The position numbers were made by a program, and so were the translations under genes. Below the pieces are notes generated by a model that saw only the letters and a program-made list of their open reading frames with translations, ran no database searches and was not told the DNA's origin. Below are positions 40,545-50,247 of a DNA stretch of 64,000 nt, piece by piece. Location: assembly GCA_965237805.1 (NCBI GenBank), contig OZ250153.1, positions 288,001 through 352,000 of the forward strand, written 5' to 3'. Origin of the DNA: Gammaproteobacteria bacterium (GTDB lineage Bacteria > Pseudomonadota > Gammaproteobacteria > JABABF01). The stretch's first letter is position 1. Every line of letters starts with the position of its first letter.

Positions 40545-41366
40545 CTATCCGCGACCGTGCTCGACCACGCCGTGTGCTTCGAATTCAGCCCTATATTCTG
40601 CCAGAAGTTGGCGTTGTTCGCCATCCAGCTCGCGCACGGCCAGTAATTCTGGGCGTCTGCGCCATGTGCGTCCCAGCGACTGCTTCAAGCGCCAACGCCG
40701 CACTGCCTCGTGATCGCCACTCAGTAACACCGGCGGCACCTCCCGCCCGGCGTGGCATTCCGGTCGGGTGTAGTGAGGGGCGTCCAACAGACCACTGGCG
40801 AAAGAATCCTCCGCCGCCGAGCGATCATCCCCCAAAACACCCGGCACATGGCGGGAGATGGCATCAATCACCGCCATCGCCACCAACTCGCCGCCGCTGA
40901 GCACGAAATCGCCAATCGACCATTCCTCGTCGACCTCAGCTTCGATCAGGCGCTCATCGATGCCTTCATAGCGACCACAGAGCAAGATCAGGGGCTGTGC
41001 GTCGCGGGCGATGGCGCTCAGCTCGGCTTGGCCGACGCGCCGCCCCTGCGGTGACAGCCCCACCGTGGGCACCGCCTTGCCCAGCGCCACATGCGCCGCC
41101 GCCAAGGCCGCCGCCAGCGGCGCTGCCTGCAGCACCATGCCGGGGCCACCGCCATAGGGTCGGTCATCGACACGGCGCGACATATTGCCGCTGTAATCAC
41201 GCGGATCCCAGCAGCTCAATTCGATCAAGCCAGCGCGCACGGCGCGACCTGTGACGCCATAGTCCAACACCTCTCGCAACATTTGCGGAAACAGGGTCAC
41301 CACGCCGAAACGCATGGGTGCCGGCGACGGTGCGGCGGCAGGAGTGCCATCCGAGGGAGTGTTCAA
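40545..41366 (-). CDS. trmD: tRNA (guanine37-N1)-methyltransferase
   Basis: [51 protein letters not shown]; start either TTG 41366 or ATG 41315. Confidence 0.96.
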   Translation of the reverse strand: MNTPSDGTPAAAPSPAPMRFGVVTLFPQMLREVLDYGVTGRAVRAGLIELSCWDPRDYSGNMSRRVDDRPYGGGPGMVLQAAPLAAALAAAHVALGKAVPTVGLSPQGRRVGQAELSAIARDAQPLILLCGRYEGIDERLIEAEVDEEWSIGDFVLSGGELVAMAVIDAISRHVPGVLGDDRSAAEDSFASGLLDAPHYTRPECHAGREVPPVLLSGDHEAVRRWRLKQSLGRTWRRRPELLAVRELDGEQRQLLAEYRAEFEAHGVVEHGRG

Positions 41367-41947
41367 AGTTCTGGCTCCCAGCTCACGAGCAGCCGACCGG
41401 CCCTCAGGTCCACATCGCGCACCACCTCTCCGGGCACCCACGGTAGCAAGCGGCGGCGGCGGTCTAGGCTACCGTCGCAGGGCTGTACTACCAGCACATC
41501 GTTGGCACCAGTAGCGAGCAGGCATTCGACGCGCCCCAGCAGGCAGGAGCCGTCTGCATGCCACACCGCAAGCCCCTCCAATTGGTGCCAGTAGTACTCG
41601 CCAGCCTCCAGCTGCGGCAAGAGCTCTATCGATACCGCCAGCCACTGGCCAGTGTGCCGCCGCGCCAGCTCGCGATCTTCGCAATGTGCGATGCGAGCAA
41701 TCAGCGCACCGTCGGCTCGACGCTTGGCGCTCAGCGATAAGGATTGCCAACAGGCATCGTCGGCGCAGGACTGGCAGCCATGCGCCAGATAACCACCCAA
41801 ACTTTCCGGCGGGTCGGTAAAAGAATGCACCCGCAACCAACCGTGCAGGCCGTAGGGGGCACCCAGCCGCCCGACCACCACATGGCCTGGTGGCGGCGGC
41901 AGGGAATCAGTCCGCTGCCTTGTCTGCGGTGTCGTCGCTGGCGGCAT
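41363..41947 (-). CDS. rimM: Ribosome maturation factor RimM
   Basis: [38 protein letters not shown]; start uncertain and overlapping the rpsP tail. Confidence 0.92.
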   Translation of the reverse strand: MPPATTPQTRQRTDSLPPPPGHVVVGRLGAPYGLHGWLRVHSFTDPPESLGGYLAHGCQSCADDACWQSLSLSAKRRADGALIARIAHCEDRELARRHTGQWLAVSIELLPQLEAGEYYWHQLEGLAVWHADGSCLLGRVECLLATGANDVLVVQPCDGSLDRRRRLLPWVPGEVVRDVDLRAGRLLVSWEPEL

Positions 41948-42566
41948 CGGCCGCTTCGCCATCGCTGCCTTCTGTGCTTCGTCTCTTCAACCGGAGCTTC
42001 GTCGTCCTTTGCAACCGGAGCTTCGTCGTCCTTTGCACCGGAGCTTCGTCGTCCTTTGCAACTGGAGCTTCGTCGTCCTTTGCAACTGGGGCTTCATCGG
42101 CCGCTTCGACGGAATCTGCCTCAGCCGCTGTGGACGCGAGCTCCTCCACCACCTCAGCGGCTGCCGCCACCGACTCGGCATTGCTGTCTGGTGCGTCCTC
42201 GGCGACCGCTTCCAACTCGGTAGCCGCCACTCCATCGTCCGTGGCAACAGCCCGCCGTCGACGCTCCTCGCGGCGCTCGCGACGCCCGTCAAGCAGCTGC
42301 TGGCGGCGGGCGAGACCCTCATCGTCGAGCCGCGCCTCGCACACCAAGTCGCGTACCCGAGCAGACATCTGGGCACCGCGCCCGCGCCACATATCCAAAC
42401 GCTCCAAATCCACGCGCAGGCGCTCGTCGCCCCCCCGCGCCAGCGGGTTGAAGAAACCGAGGCGCTCCAGCTGGTGCCCACTAGGAGCCCTGCGCTGGTC
42501 GGCCACGGTGACATGGTAAAAAGGCCTTTTCTTGCCACCCCTGCGGGTGAGCCGTATCACGACCAT
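41907..42566 (-). CDS. rpsP: 30S ribosomal protein S16 with long acidic repetitive C-terminal extension
   Basis: [40 protein letters not shown], then a tail of about 135 aa. Confidence 0.93.
   Translation of the reverse strand: MVVIRLTRRGGKKRPFYHVTVADQRRAPSGHQLERLGFFNPLARGGDERLRVDLERLDMWRGRGAQMSARVRDLVCEARLDDEGLARRQQLLDGRRERREERRRRAVATDDGVAATELEAVAEDAPDSNAESVAAAAEVVEELASTAAEADSVEAADEAPVAKDDEAPVAKDDEAPVQRTTKLRLQRTTKLRLKRRSTEGSDGEAADAASDDTADKAAD
41990..42096 (-). repeat. 24-bp tandem repeat (about 4.5 units, encoding VAKDDEAP) within the rpsP tail
   Basis: acYggagcttcgtcgtcctttgca at 41990, 42014, 42038 (23 bp), 42061, partial at 42085. Confidence 0.92.
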
Positions 42567-42694
42567 AGATGGATTTCACTGCGGACTAAGCGACGCGCTG
42601 GCAAGCAGCGCGCCAGCAACTGGTTATTATAACCGCTAGCGTTTAAGACACTGCGAATGGGCGGTGTTGGATGGACAGCACAGTGGAGAGCCGC

Positions 42695-43456
42695 ATGGTC
42701 GAACAGACCGCAGTAGTACCTGAAGCGGGCAGCAATGTGGATGCGGGCGAGCTCGAGCGCTTCAATGCGCTGGCCTCGCGTTGGTGGGATCCCGAGGGTG
42801 AGCTCAGGACGCTGCACTGGCTCAATCCAGCGCGACTCCGCTATATCGACTTGCACTCACCAGTGGCCGAGCTCGATGTACTCGACATCGGTTGCGGCGG
42901 CGGCTTGCTGTGCGAAGCACTGGCGACGCGAGGTGCCCGCGTCACCGGCATCGACATGGGCGAGGACTGCTTGCAAACCGCGCGGCTACACCTCGCCGAA
43001 TCCGGGCTACAAGTGGAATATCTGCTCGCCGAGGCCGAGGCTCTGGCCGCTGAGCGGGCCGGGCGCTACGATGTGGTCTGCTGTCTGGAACTGCTCGAGC
43101 ATGTGCCGCGGCCAGCGGATTTGGTATGTGCGGCAGCGGCGCTGACACGCCCCGGCGGCGCACTCTACTTCTCGACCCTCAATCGCCACCCGCTGTGTTG
43201 GCTAACAGCCGTGCTCGGCGCAGAATACCTGCTCGGCCTGCTACCGCGTGGCACCCATGACTACCAGCGCTTCATCCGCCCCAGCGAACTGGGGCAGATG
43301 TTGCGCGCCGCTGGCGTACAGCTGGCCGATCTCAGCGGTTTCCGCCTGCAACCACTGGAGCGGCGCTTCCGTCTGCACCCGGATGTGCGCGTCAACTACA
43401 TCGCCTACGCCCGCAAAGCGATGGCGGACCATGACGCGACACCCAGCGCAAACTGA
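42695..43456 (+). CDS. ubiG: Ubiquinone biosynthesis O-methyltransferase
   Basis: NVD..E..RF..LASRWWDPEG, LH.LNP.RL, VLDIGCGGG, CLELLEHVP, GTHDY..FIRPSEL, VNY. Confidence 0.95.
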   Translation: MVEQTAVVPEAGSNVDAGELERFNALASRWWDPEGELRTLHWLNPARLRYIDLHSPVAELDVLDIGCGGGLLCEALATRGARVTGIDMGEDCLQTARLHLAESGLQVEYLLAEAEALAAERAGRYDVVCCLELLEHVPRPADLVCAAAALTRPGGALYFSTLNRHPLCWLTAVLGAEYLLGLLPRGTHDYQRFIRPSELGQMLRAAGVQLADLSGFRLQPLERRFRLHPDVRVNYIAYARKAMADHDATPSAN

Positions 43457-44138
43457 GCTGACACAGCCGGCGGGGGGGCAGCGGCTACGGGTCGTACTGT
43501 TTGACCTCGACGGCACCCTGCTCGATACCGCACCAGAATTCGCCAGCGTCCTCAACCAGTTGCTGGCGACCGCCGGGCGGGTGCAATTGCCGCCGCCGCG
43601 CATCCACGAGCGGGTCTCGGACGGGGTGCGGGCGCTGGTACAACTGGGCTTTGAGCTGAGCCCGGAGGAAGACGGCTTCGCCGAGCGCCACCGGGACTTG
43701 CTGCGGGCTTACCAGCAGGGCTTGGGGCAAAGGACGCAGCCTTTTGACGGCATTGAGGCATTGTTGGCTGAATTAGGGCACCGTCAGATGAACTGGGGGG
43801 TGGTGACTAATAAGCCAGTGGGCCTATCCACCCCGCTGTTGCAGATCATGGGCATGGCACCGGACTGCTTGGTGTGCAGCGACCAGCTGGAGCATCCAAA
43901 ACCGCATCCGGGGGGCTTGTTGCGCGCCTGTCAAGAATTGGACTGCCCGGCGGCTCAGGCGCTGTATGTCGGCGACCACCGACGCGATATCGAAGCAGCA
44001 CACAATGCCGGTATGCGCGCCGCCGCCGTCAGTTGGGGTTATGCCCACAGCGACGATCCGCCCTCCGCTTGGGGAGCCGACTATCTGTTGCGCACGCCCT
44101 TGGAGCTGCTTGAACTGTTGCCGCCAGTGGGACGCTGA
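43431..44138 (+). CDS. HAD-IA hydrolase (MupP / phosphoglycolate phosphatase-like)
   Basis: LFDLDGTLLDTAP, WGVVTNKP, KPHP, YVGDHRRDIEA, WGY; directly after ubiG, as mupP is in pseudomonads. Confidence 0.88.
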   Translation: MTRHPAQTELTQPAGGQRLRVVLFDLDGTLLDTAPEFASVLNQLLATAGRVQLPPPRIHERVSDGVRALVQLGFELSPEEDGFAERHRDLLRAYQQGLGQRTQPFDGIEALLAELGHRQMNWGVVTNKPVGLSTPLLQIMGMAPDCLVCSDQLEHPKPHPGGLLRACQELDCPAAQALYVGDHRRDIEAAHNAGMRAAAVSWGYAHSDDPPSAWGADYLLRTPLELLELLPPVGR

Positions 44139-45010
44139 ACACGCCGCCGACGAGGTGGGTCGGGCTGTTCGCCCGCGCCACCCGCAAGGTCTCCGCTCGC
44201 CACATCCTGTAGCGCGACCACCTCGCGCTCTGTTAAATCACGCCAATGACCACGGCGATCCTTCGGCTCCAAAAATACCGGACCGAAACGCACTCGCTTC
44301 AGGCGACCGACCTGCAGACCTTGGCTCTCCCACAGGCGGCGCACCTCGCGGTTGCGCCCCTCCAGCAAGACGACGCAAAACCAACGGTTGGCACCATCTC
44401 GATCGCCCTCGGCGGCTTGGATGTCGCTGAAGCGCGCCCATCCGTCCTCCAGCTCGACACCGTCCGACAAGCGGCGCAATTGCGCCGGAGTGACGGTGCC
44501 GCGCACACGCACCATGTATTCGCGCTCAATCTGCGCCGAGGGATGCATCAGCCGATGCGCCAAACCACCGTCATCGGTGAACAACAACAAGCCGCTACTG
44601 TTGATGTCCAGACGCCCGACACCAACCCAACGCGAGCCGTGCAACGGTGGCAGCGCCTCGAAAACCGTGGGACGATCGCTCGGGTCATAGCGGGTGCAGA
44701 TCTCGCCCTCGCGCTTGTGGTAGAGCAACACGCGGGGGCAGCGCGGTGTCTCAGGCCACGGCAAGGGACGGCCATCCAAACACAGCCTATCCTCGGGTCC
44801 GGCGACGCTGCCGAGGCGCGGCTGAACACCGTTCAGCGTCAGGCGGCCATCGGCGATCCAGCGCTCTGCCTCACGGCGCGAGGCGTAGCCACCGCGCGAG
44901 AGTAATTTTTGCAGGCGTTCCTTGCCACCGCCAGCTGACGGTGCCGGACGGGCGGGACGGCGGCGAGCACCGCGCCCACCACCCTGCTCAGGAGACGATA
45001 TGCGTGACAT
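44081..45010 (-). CDS. rluB: 23S rRNA pseudouridine synthase RluB
   Basis: ERLQKLL..G..SRRE, VGRLDINSSGLLLFT, HPS...EREY, EGRNREVRRLWE; follows scpB. Confidence 0.93.
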   Translation of the reverse strand: MSRISSPEQGGGRGARRRPARPAPSAGGGKERLQKLLSRGGYASRREAERWIADGRLTLNGVQPRLGSVAGPEDRLCLDGRPLPWPETPRCPRVLLYHKREGEICTRYDPSDRPTVFEALPPLHGSRWVGVGRLDINSSGLLLFTDDGGLAHRLMHPSAQIEREYMVRVRGTVTPAQLRRLSDGVELEDGWARFSDIQAAEGDRDGANRWFCVVLLEGRNREVRRLWESQGLQVGRLKRVRFGPVFLEPKDRRGHWRDLTEREVVALQDVASGDLAGGAGEQPDPPRRRRVQRPTGGNSSSSSKGVRNR

Positions 45011-45719
45011 CTGGATCGACGAGCGGCGGCGCGGGTGGAGTGAGTGGCAAAGCATTGTCAGCCGCGGGCTCAGCCTCTCCAAGCTCGCCCCCCAACCGCT
45101 CGGGAACGGTGGGCGGCAAGGTATCCGGCACGACCGAGCTGGCATCTGTTGCGGCGGAGTGCAACTCAGCGTCCTCCTTAGCGTCCTCTGCCAAAGCTGG
45201 CAACGGCGGTAGATCGGACAGCTTGCGCAAACCGAAATCGTTCAAGAAACGCTGGGTGGTGGCGTAGAGTGCCGGGCGACCGGGGCTTTCTCTATAGCCG
45301 ACCACGCGCACCCACTCCCGCTCCAACAACGTGCGCATGATGCTAGGGCTCAGCGAGACCCCACGCAAACTCTCGATATCGCCTCGGGTCAGCGGCTGGC
45401 GATAGGCGATGGCGGCGAAAGTCTCCATCAAAGCCCGCGAGTAGCGCGGGGGCCGCTCGCGCCGCAGGCGTTCCAAATAGGGGTTGAGCTCGTCGCGCAG
45501 ACGCAATCGATAGCCACCTGCCACCTGTTCTAAGCAGCAGGCACGGTGCTCGCAATCAGCTTCCAGCTGAGTCAAAGCCGCTTTCAAATCTACCGTCGAC
45601 GGGCGCTCCTCGGCATCGAAGAGATCGGCCAGCTGGCGCAGCTGAAGGGGGCTGTCAGCAGCCAATAACACCCCCTCTAGGATGCGCGCCAAAGACCGCT
45701 CAGGCAGCCCTGCGACCAT
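44988..45719 (-). CDS. scpB: SMC-Scp complex subunit ScpB
   Basis: VAGGYRL, YSRALMET.A.IAYRQPLTRGDIE.LRGV, PGRPALYATT..FL..FGL..L.DLP. Confidence 0.95.
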   Translation of the reverse strand: MVAGLPERSLARILEGVLLAADSPLQLRQLADLFDAEERPSTVDLKAALTQLEADCEHRACCLEQVAGGYRLRLRDELNPYLERLRRERPPRYSRALMETFAAIAYRQPLTRGDIESLRGVSLSPSIMRTLLEREWVRVVGYRESPGRPALYATTQRFLNDFGLRKLSDLPPLPALAEDAKEDAELHSAATDASSVVPDTLPPTVPERLGGELGEAEPAADNALPLTPPAPPLVDPDVTHIVS

Positions 45720-46599
45720 CGCTCCCCTCCGCACCGCCGGCATCGCCGCCACCCGCGCCACCGCGCAGGTAAATCGGCCCGAAAGCTTGCATCTGCACCA
45801 CCTCTATCGAACGCTCGCGCAACAACTCAAGTAGTGCCAAGAAATGCACCACCACGCCACGGCGCCGCTCGGACGGCACCAGCAGACGCGACAGCGCAAC
45901 GAAACGCCGTCCGCTGAGACACGCGAGCAAATTGCCCATGCGCTCGCGTACCGACAGCTGCGAACCCAACATGCGGTGGCGGCGGTGCCAATCCACCCGC
46001 CGCAGTAATGCGCCCATGGCCTGAGCCAACTCCAGCGGCACTGGCGGCGGTGCCAAACGGCGCGGCGGCGGCGGCGCAGCGATGCGCGCCACTTGGAAGT
46101 CCCGCCCCAGCTGCGGCAGCTGCTCAAGTGACTGCGCACTGGCGCGGAGCTGCTCATAGGCACGCAACCGCAACATGAAGGCCGTGGCCGGATCGACATC
46201 CTCAACCTCAGCCTCTGTGACCGGTTGCGGCAACAGCATGCGCAACTTAATCTCAGTCAGCGTCGCCGCCATGACCAGATACTCGGCGGCCAAATCCACC
46301 TCCATCTCGTCCATCAGATCGATGTAGCTGATATATTGCTCGGCGAGTTCGAGCAAATTAATGCGCAAGATGTCCAAGTTGCGCCGCCGCACGAGGTGGA
46401 GCAATAGGTCGAGTGGCCCTTCAAAAGATTCGAGAAAAACCCGTAGCGCCTGAGGCGGGATATAGAGATTTTCGGGCAGGGTCTGCAGTGGCGCACCGTC
46501 GACCACCACACAATCGGAGTGTTGCAATAGTGGTGGCGGGTCGGGTAGCGGGGAGTGCGCGCTCCTGCTAGCTGCCTCCTCGACGCACCACTGTGCCAT
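45700..46599 (-). CDS. scpA: Segregation and condensation protein ScpA
   Basis: LYIPP.AL.VFLESFEGPLDLLL, AAEYLVMAATL, LSVRERM, FLALLEL. Confidence 0.94.
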   Translation of the reverse strand: MAQWCVEEAASRSAHSPLPDPPPLLQHSDCVVVDGAPLQTLPENLYIPPQALRVFLESFEGPLDLLLHLVRRRNLDILRINLLELAEQYISYIDLMDEMEVDLAAEYLVMAATLTEIKLRMLLPQPVTEAEVEDVDPATAFMLRLRAYEQLRASAQSLEQLPQLGRDFQVARIAAPPPPRRLAPPPVPLELAQAMGALLRRVDWHRRHRMLGSQLSVRERMGNLLACLSGRRFVALSRLLVPSERRRGVVVHFLALLELLRERSIEVVQMQAFGPIYLRGGAGGGDAGGAEGSDGRRAA

Positions 46600-46719
46600 G
46601 CGTTCTCACCCGAATGTACGAAGCCACTAGTGCTACAATGGCCAGATAGTAGCATAGCTTGGATCCACTATTGCTCGACGCGTTGCGGGCATGGGGACAC
46701 TGGCTACGAGTTGCACGGC

Positions 46720-47541
46720 ATGCTTCTTTCACGCAACAAAGCAAAGACACAAGCAATCGTAGCGACCACTGTGCTGGCCATGTGGGCGTTGCCGATTGTG
46801 CCAGCCATGGCGGAAAATACTTTCGAGGCATTGCAAGAGCGGATCAAACCACTACAAGGAGGCAGCGGCACCATCGCTGAAGATCCCGATGCAGGCAAGC
46901 CGGTGCCTCCAGTCATACTGAAACCGACGGTGGTCTTAGTGACCAATCATGGCACTATCTATCTGTCGATAGAGGTTGAGCGGGCTCCCATCACAGCGGC
47001 CAACTTCCTGAATTATGTCAACAGCGGCTTTTACAACGGCACTATCTTCCACCGTGTGATCGCAGACTTCATGGTGCAGGGTGGCGGCCTGCTCAGCGAC
47101 TTGGCCCCCCAGGAGACCAACGCCCCAATCGCCAACGAATCCCACAACGGCCTGAGCAATGTGCGCGGTGCCATCGCCATGGCACGCACCCAAGATCCAC
47201 ACAGCGCCACCTCCCAATTTTTCATCAACTTGCGCGACAACTCCCATTTGAATAAGCGGGGGGAGCAACACGGCTACACCGTATTCGGTCATGTCACCAA
47301 AGGCATGGATGTCGTCAATGCCATCGCGAAGCAAGCAACCGAGTTCAAATCCGGGATCGCCGATGTGCCCAAAGAAACCATCACGATACAACGCGCCTAT
47401 GTGATCAAGACCAAAACTAGCCTGCGCAGCACCATCAGCATCTTGGTGGCCAAAATCCCCATACTGTCCAGCTTGGTGCAGGTTATTGCGGAGCGCTACC
47501 ACATCCTCAAAGCCAGCTTCAGCCGGGCTGACTCCAGCTAA
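46720..47541 (+). CDS. Exported cyclophilin-type peptidyl-prolyl isomerase (PpiA-like)
   Basis: Signal peptide (..PAMA), APITAANFL.YV..GFY.GTIFHRVI..FMVQGGG, AMART.DPHSATSQFFIN, GYTVFG. Confidence 0.9.
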   Translation: MLLSRNKAKTQAIVATTVLAMWALPIVPAMAENTFEALQERIKPLQGGSGTIAEDPDAGKPVPPVILKPTVVLVTNHGTIYLSIEVERAPITAANFLNYVNSGFYNGTIFHRVIADFMVQGGGLLSDLAPQETNAPIANESHNGLSNVRGAIAMARTQDPHSATSQFFINLRDNSHLNKRGEQHGYTVFGHVTKGMDVVNAIAKQATEFKSGIADVPKETITIQRAYVIKTKTSLRSTISILVAKIPILSSLVQVIAERYHILKASFSRADSS

Positions 47542-47563
47542 GCTGCACCGAGCCTTGAGGCCG

Positions 47564-48364
47564 GTGATTCAACTCAGCGTCAACCTGAACAAAATTGCGC
47601 TATTGCGCAACGCCCGCGATGGTGATGTGCCGCATGTGGTGGATTGCGCACGACAAATACTGGGCACCGGAGCCGATGGCCTAACCGTGCATCCACGCCC
47701 GGATCTCCGCCATATACGCCCCGCAGACTTGGCTCCGTTAGCAGCACTGTGCCAGGCCACCGGGCACACATTCAATATCGAAGGCAATCCCTTGGAGCCA
47801 GCCCGCCAGCGCAACGGACAAAGCGCTGGCTACCCCGGTTTTTTGGCACTGGTGGATACTGTGCGACCGACACAATGCACCTTGGTTCCCGACACCAGTG
47901 AACAGCGCACCTCAGACCATGGTTTCGAGCTGCGACAAGCGGCTGTGCGCACGACCCTACAGCCGATCATCGCCGGGCTGCGTGCGCAGGGCATCTGCGT
48001 CAGTGTGTTCCTCAATGCTGATGAGCAACTGATGCCTTGGGCTGCAGAGCTGGGAGCGACGCGGGTCGAGCTGTACACCGGCCCCTACGCCAAGGCATGG
48101 GGCCGTGGCGGCACCGAAGCCAAACGCGAGTTGCTGTGCTGTGCACGTGCGGCGGCAGCGGCGAAGCGAGCTGGCTTGGGGGTCAATGCCGGGCACGATT
48201 TGGATCTGCACAACTTGGGGGCACTGGCAACGGCACTGCCAGATTTGCTGGAAGTGTCGATCGGCCATGCGCTGATTGCCGACGCCCTGCAGCTCGGTCT
48301 CAGACAGTCGGTACAAGCCTATCTCGATTGCTTGGCGCAAGCGCGCAGCGCAACTGGCAAATAA
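47564..48364 (+). CDS. pdxJ: Pyridoxine 5'-phosphate synthase
   Basis: LSVNLNKIALLRNAR, TVHPRPD.RHIR, NIEGNP, TSDHG, ELYTGPYA, NAGHDL, EVSIGHAL. Confidence 0.93.
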   Translation: MIQLSVNLNKIALLRNARDGDVPHVVDCARQILGTGADGLTVHPRPDLRHIRPADLAPLAALCQATGHTFNIEGNPLEPARQRNGQSAGYPGFLALVDTVRPTQCTLVPDTSEQRTSDHGFELRQAAVRTTLQPIIAGLRAQGICVSVFLNADEQLMPWAAELGATRVELYTGPYAKAWGRGGTEAKRELLCCARAAAAAKRAGLGVNAGHDLDLHNLGALATALPDLLEVSIGHALIADALQLGLRQSVQAYLDCLAQARSATGK

Positions 48365-48433
48365 CTGCCGCGGGCCACAGCAAACATGACGGGAGGACAC
48401 CCGACCCAACACGGCCGAGTAGCGCAGGACTAT

Positions 48434-48509
48434 TGGTGGAGCCAGGCGGGATCGAACCGCCGACCTCAACGCTGCCAGCGTTGCGCTCTCCCAGCTGAGC
48501 TATGGCCCC
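48434..48509 (-). tRNA. tRNA-Ala (GGC)
   Basis: Reverse strand GGGGCCATAGCTCAG...caacg-CTGGCAG-cgttg...TTCGATC...CCA; downstream of gltX. Confidence 0.96.
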
Positions 48510-48585
48510 ATTGAGACACGGTGCGAGTCGTGCGTGTGGGCGGATTTTAGCGCCCGTCAGGGCCGCCGGTCAAACGCAGGGAAAC

Positions 48586-50088
48586 TCAGCCCGAACCCTC
48601 GGTCACCGTGCCGATCCGCACGCGCATCTCCTCCAGCTGCTTGCGCCTTTTTTTCGACGGTGCGCCGAGCAGTGCAAGCGCCTCGCGCAAACGCGCCGAG
48701 CAGAGATCTGCCCCGAGCAGTGCCATCGCGTCCACCACAGAAATGGAAGAGGCACTGCCAGTGATGGCCACAAACAGCGGTGCGCAAAAGTCTCGCAACG
48801 GCAATTCCAGCAGCTCCGATGCCAATTTCATACCGCCAAACAGGAGATCTCGACCGAAGTCGAAGCGGTGCTCCTCCACCTCCCACAGCACCCATTGCAG
48901 GACCTCGCGTTGCCGCTCCACAGGTAGTTTCAGGGCTCGGTAATCAGCCTCAGACGCAGCTGTCGGGCCACCGAGCAAAAAGCCGCCCAAGGGCAGCACA
49001 TCGCTCAGTCGCTCCATGCGCGGCTGCAAATGCACGAGCGAGGCTGCCAACAAATCGGGGTTGAGCCGCCACTCCACCAAGCGGCGGAGCAGTTCCTCGG
49101 GTGCCAGCTCGCGCAACCACTGAGCGTTAAGCCAATCGAGCTTGTCCGGATCAAAGACCGGCCCGCCCAGCGATACCCGGGAGAGATCAAAATGCTTGAT
49201 CAGCTCTGCCACCGTGAAACGCTCGCGCTCATCGGGCATCGACCAGCCCATACGCGCCAGATAGTTGAGCACGGCCTCCGGTAAATAGCCACTATCCCGG
49301 TAGTGGAAAATGCTAGTCGGGTTGCGGCGCTTGCTGAGCTTGCTCTGGTCGGGATTGCGCAGTAGCGGCAAATGACAGTACTGAGGCGGATCCCAACCCA
49401 AGGCCTGGTACAAGAGCAGGTGTTTGGGAGTCGAGTTGAGCCATTCCTCACCACGCAGTACATGGCTGATCCTCATCTCGTGGTCGTCGACCACATTCGC
49501 CAAGTGGTAGGTGGGCAATCCGTCGGCCTTGAGTAGCACCTGCATATCCACCTGCTGCCAATTGATGCTGACGGTGCCACGTAGCAAGTCCGCCACCTCG
49601 CAGACTCCTGCAGCCGGCACTTTGAGACGAATGACATAGGGGTCTCCGGCAGTGCGCCGCCGCGCCACCTCGGCATCGGATTGCTGCAGACCGCGCCCAT
49701 CGTAGCGTGCGGTTTCGCCGCGGGCGCGCTGCTCCTCGCGCATCGCCGCCAATTCGGAAGGCGTGGCAAAACAGTAAAAAGCCTGCCCGGAATCCACCAG
49801 CCGCTGGGCATGATGCCGGTACAACTCACTGCGCTCGCTCTGGCGGTAGGGACCGGCATCGCCGCCGACATCGGGTCCTTCGTCCCAATCCAAGCCGAGC
49901 CAGCGCAACGCGGCGATGATCTCCGCCTCCGCCGCTGCCGAAGAGCGCTGGCTATCGGTATCATCAATGCGCAGCACAAATCTCCCACCGACGCTGCGCG
50001 CATAGGCATAATTAAACAGCGCCACATAGGCGGTGCCCAAATGGGGCGCACCAGTGGGCGACGGTGCGACCCTGGTGCGAACGCTCAT
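48586..50088 (-). CDS. gltX: Glutamate--tRNA ligase
   Basis: RVAPSPTG.PHLGT, GPYRQSER, PTYHLANVVDDH, RGEEWL, KLSKR. Confidence 0.96.
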   Translation of the reverse strand: MSVRTRVAPSPTGAPHLGTAYVALFNYAYARSVGGRFVLRIDDTDSQRSSAAAEAEIIAALRWLGLDWDEGPDVGGDAGPYRQSERSELYRHHAQRLVDSGQAFYCFATPSELAAMREEQRARGETARYDGRGLQQSDAEVARRRTAGDPYVIRLKVPAAGVCEVADLLRGTVSINWQQVDMQVLLKADGLPTYHLANVVDDHEMRISHVLRGEEWLNSTPKHLLLYQALGWDPPQYCHLPLLRNPDQSKLSKRRNPTSIFHYRDSGYLPEAVLNYLARMGWSMPDERERFTVAELIKHFDLSRVSLGGPVFDPDKLDWLNAQWLRELAPEELLRRLVEWRLNPDLLAASLVHLQPRMERLSDVLPLGGFLLGGPTAASEADYRALKLPVERQREVLQWVLWEVEEHRFDFGRDLLFGGMKLASELLELPLRDFCAPLFVAITGSASSISVVDAMALLGADLCSARLREALALLGAPSKKRRKQLEEMRVRIGTVTEGSG

Positions 50089-50247
50089 CGCCATCGCTGT
50101 GCGCACAGCGAACTCGGTGCGGACACAACAATGTGGTCTGGGAGATTCATGACACGGTGACGGTGGAGACTGTGGCTATGGTAGCGCCTCAGGCGGAAAG
50201 TGCCCATCACCACCGCTGAATCGATGCCCCGCGCTATGATGAAGCAT

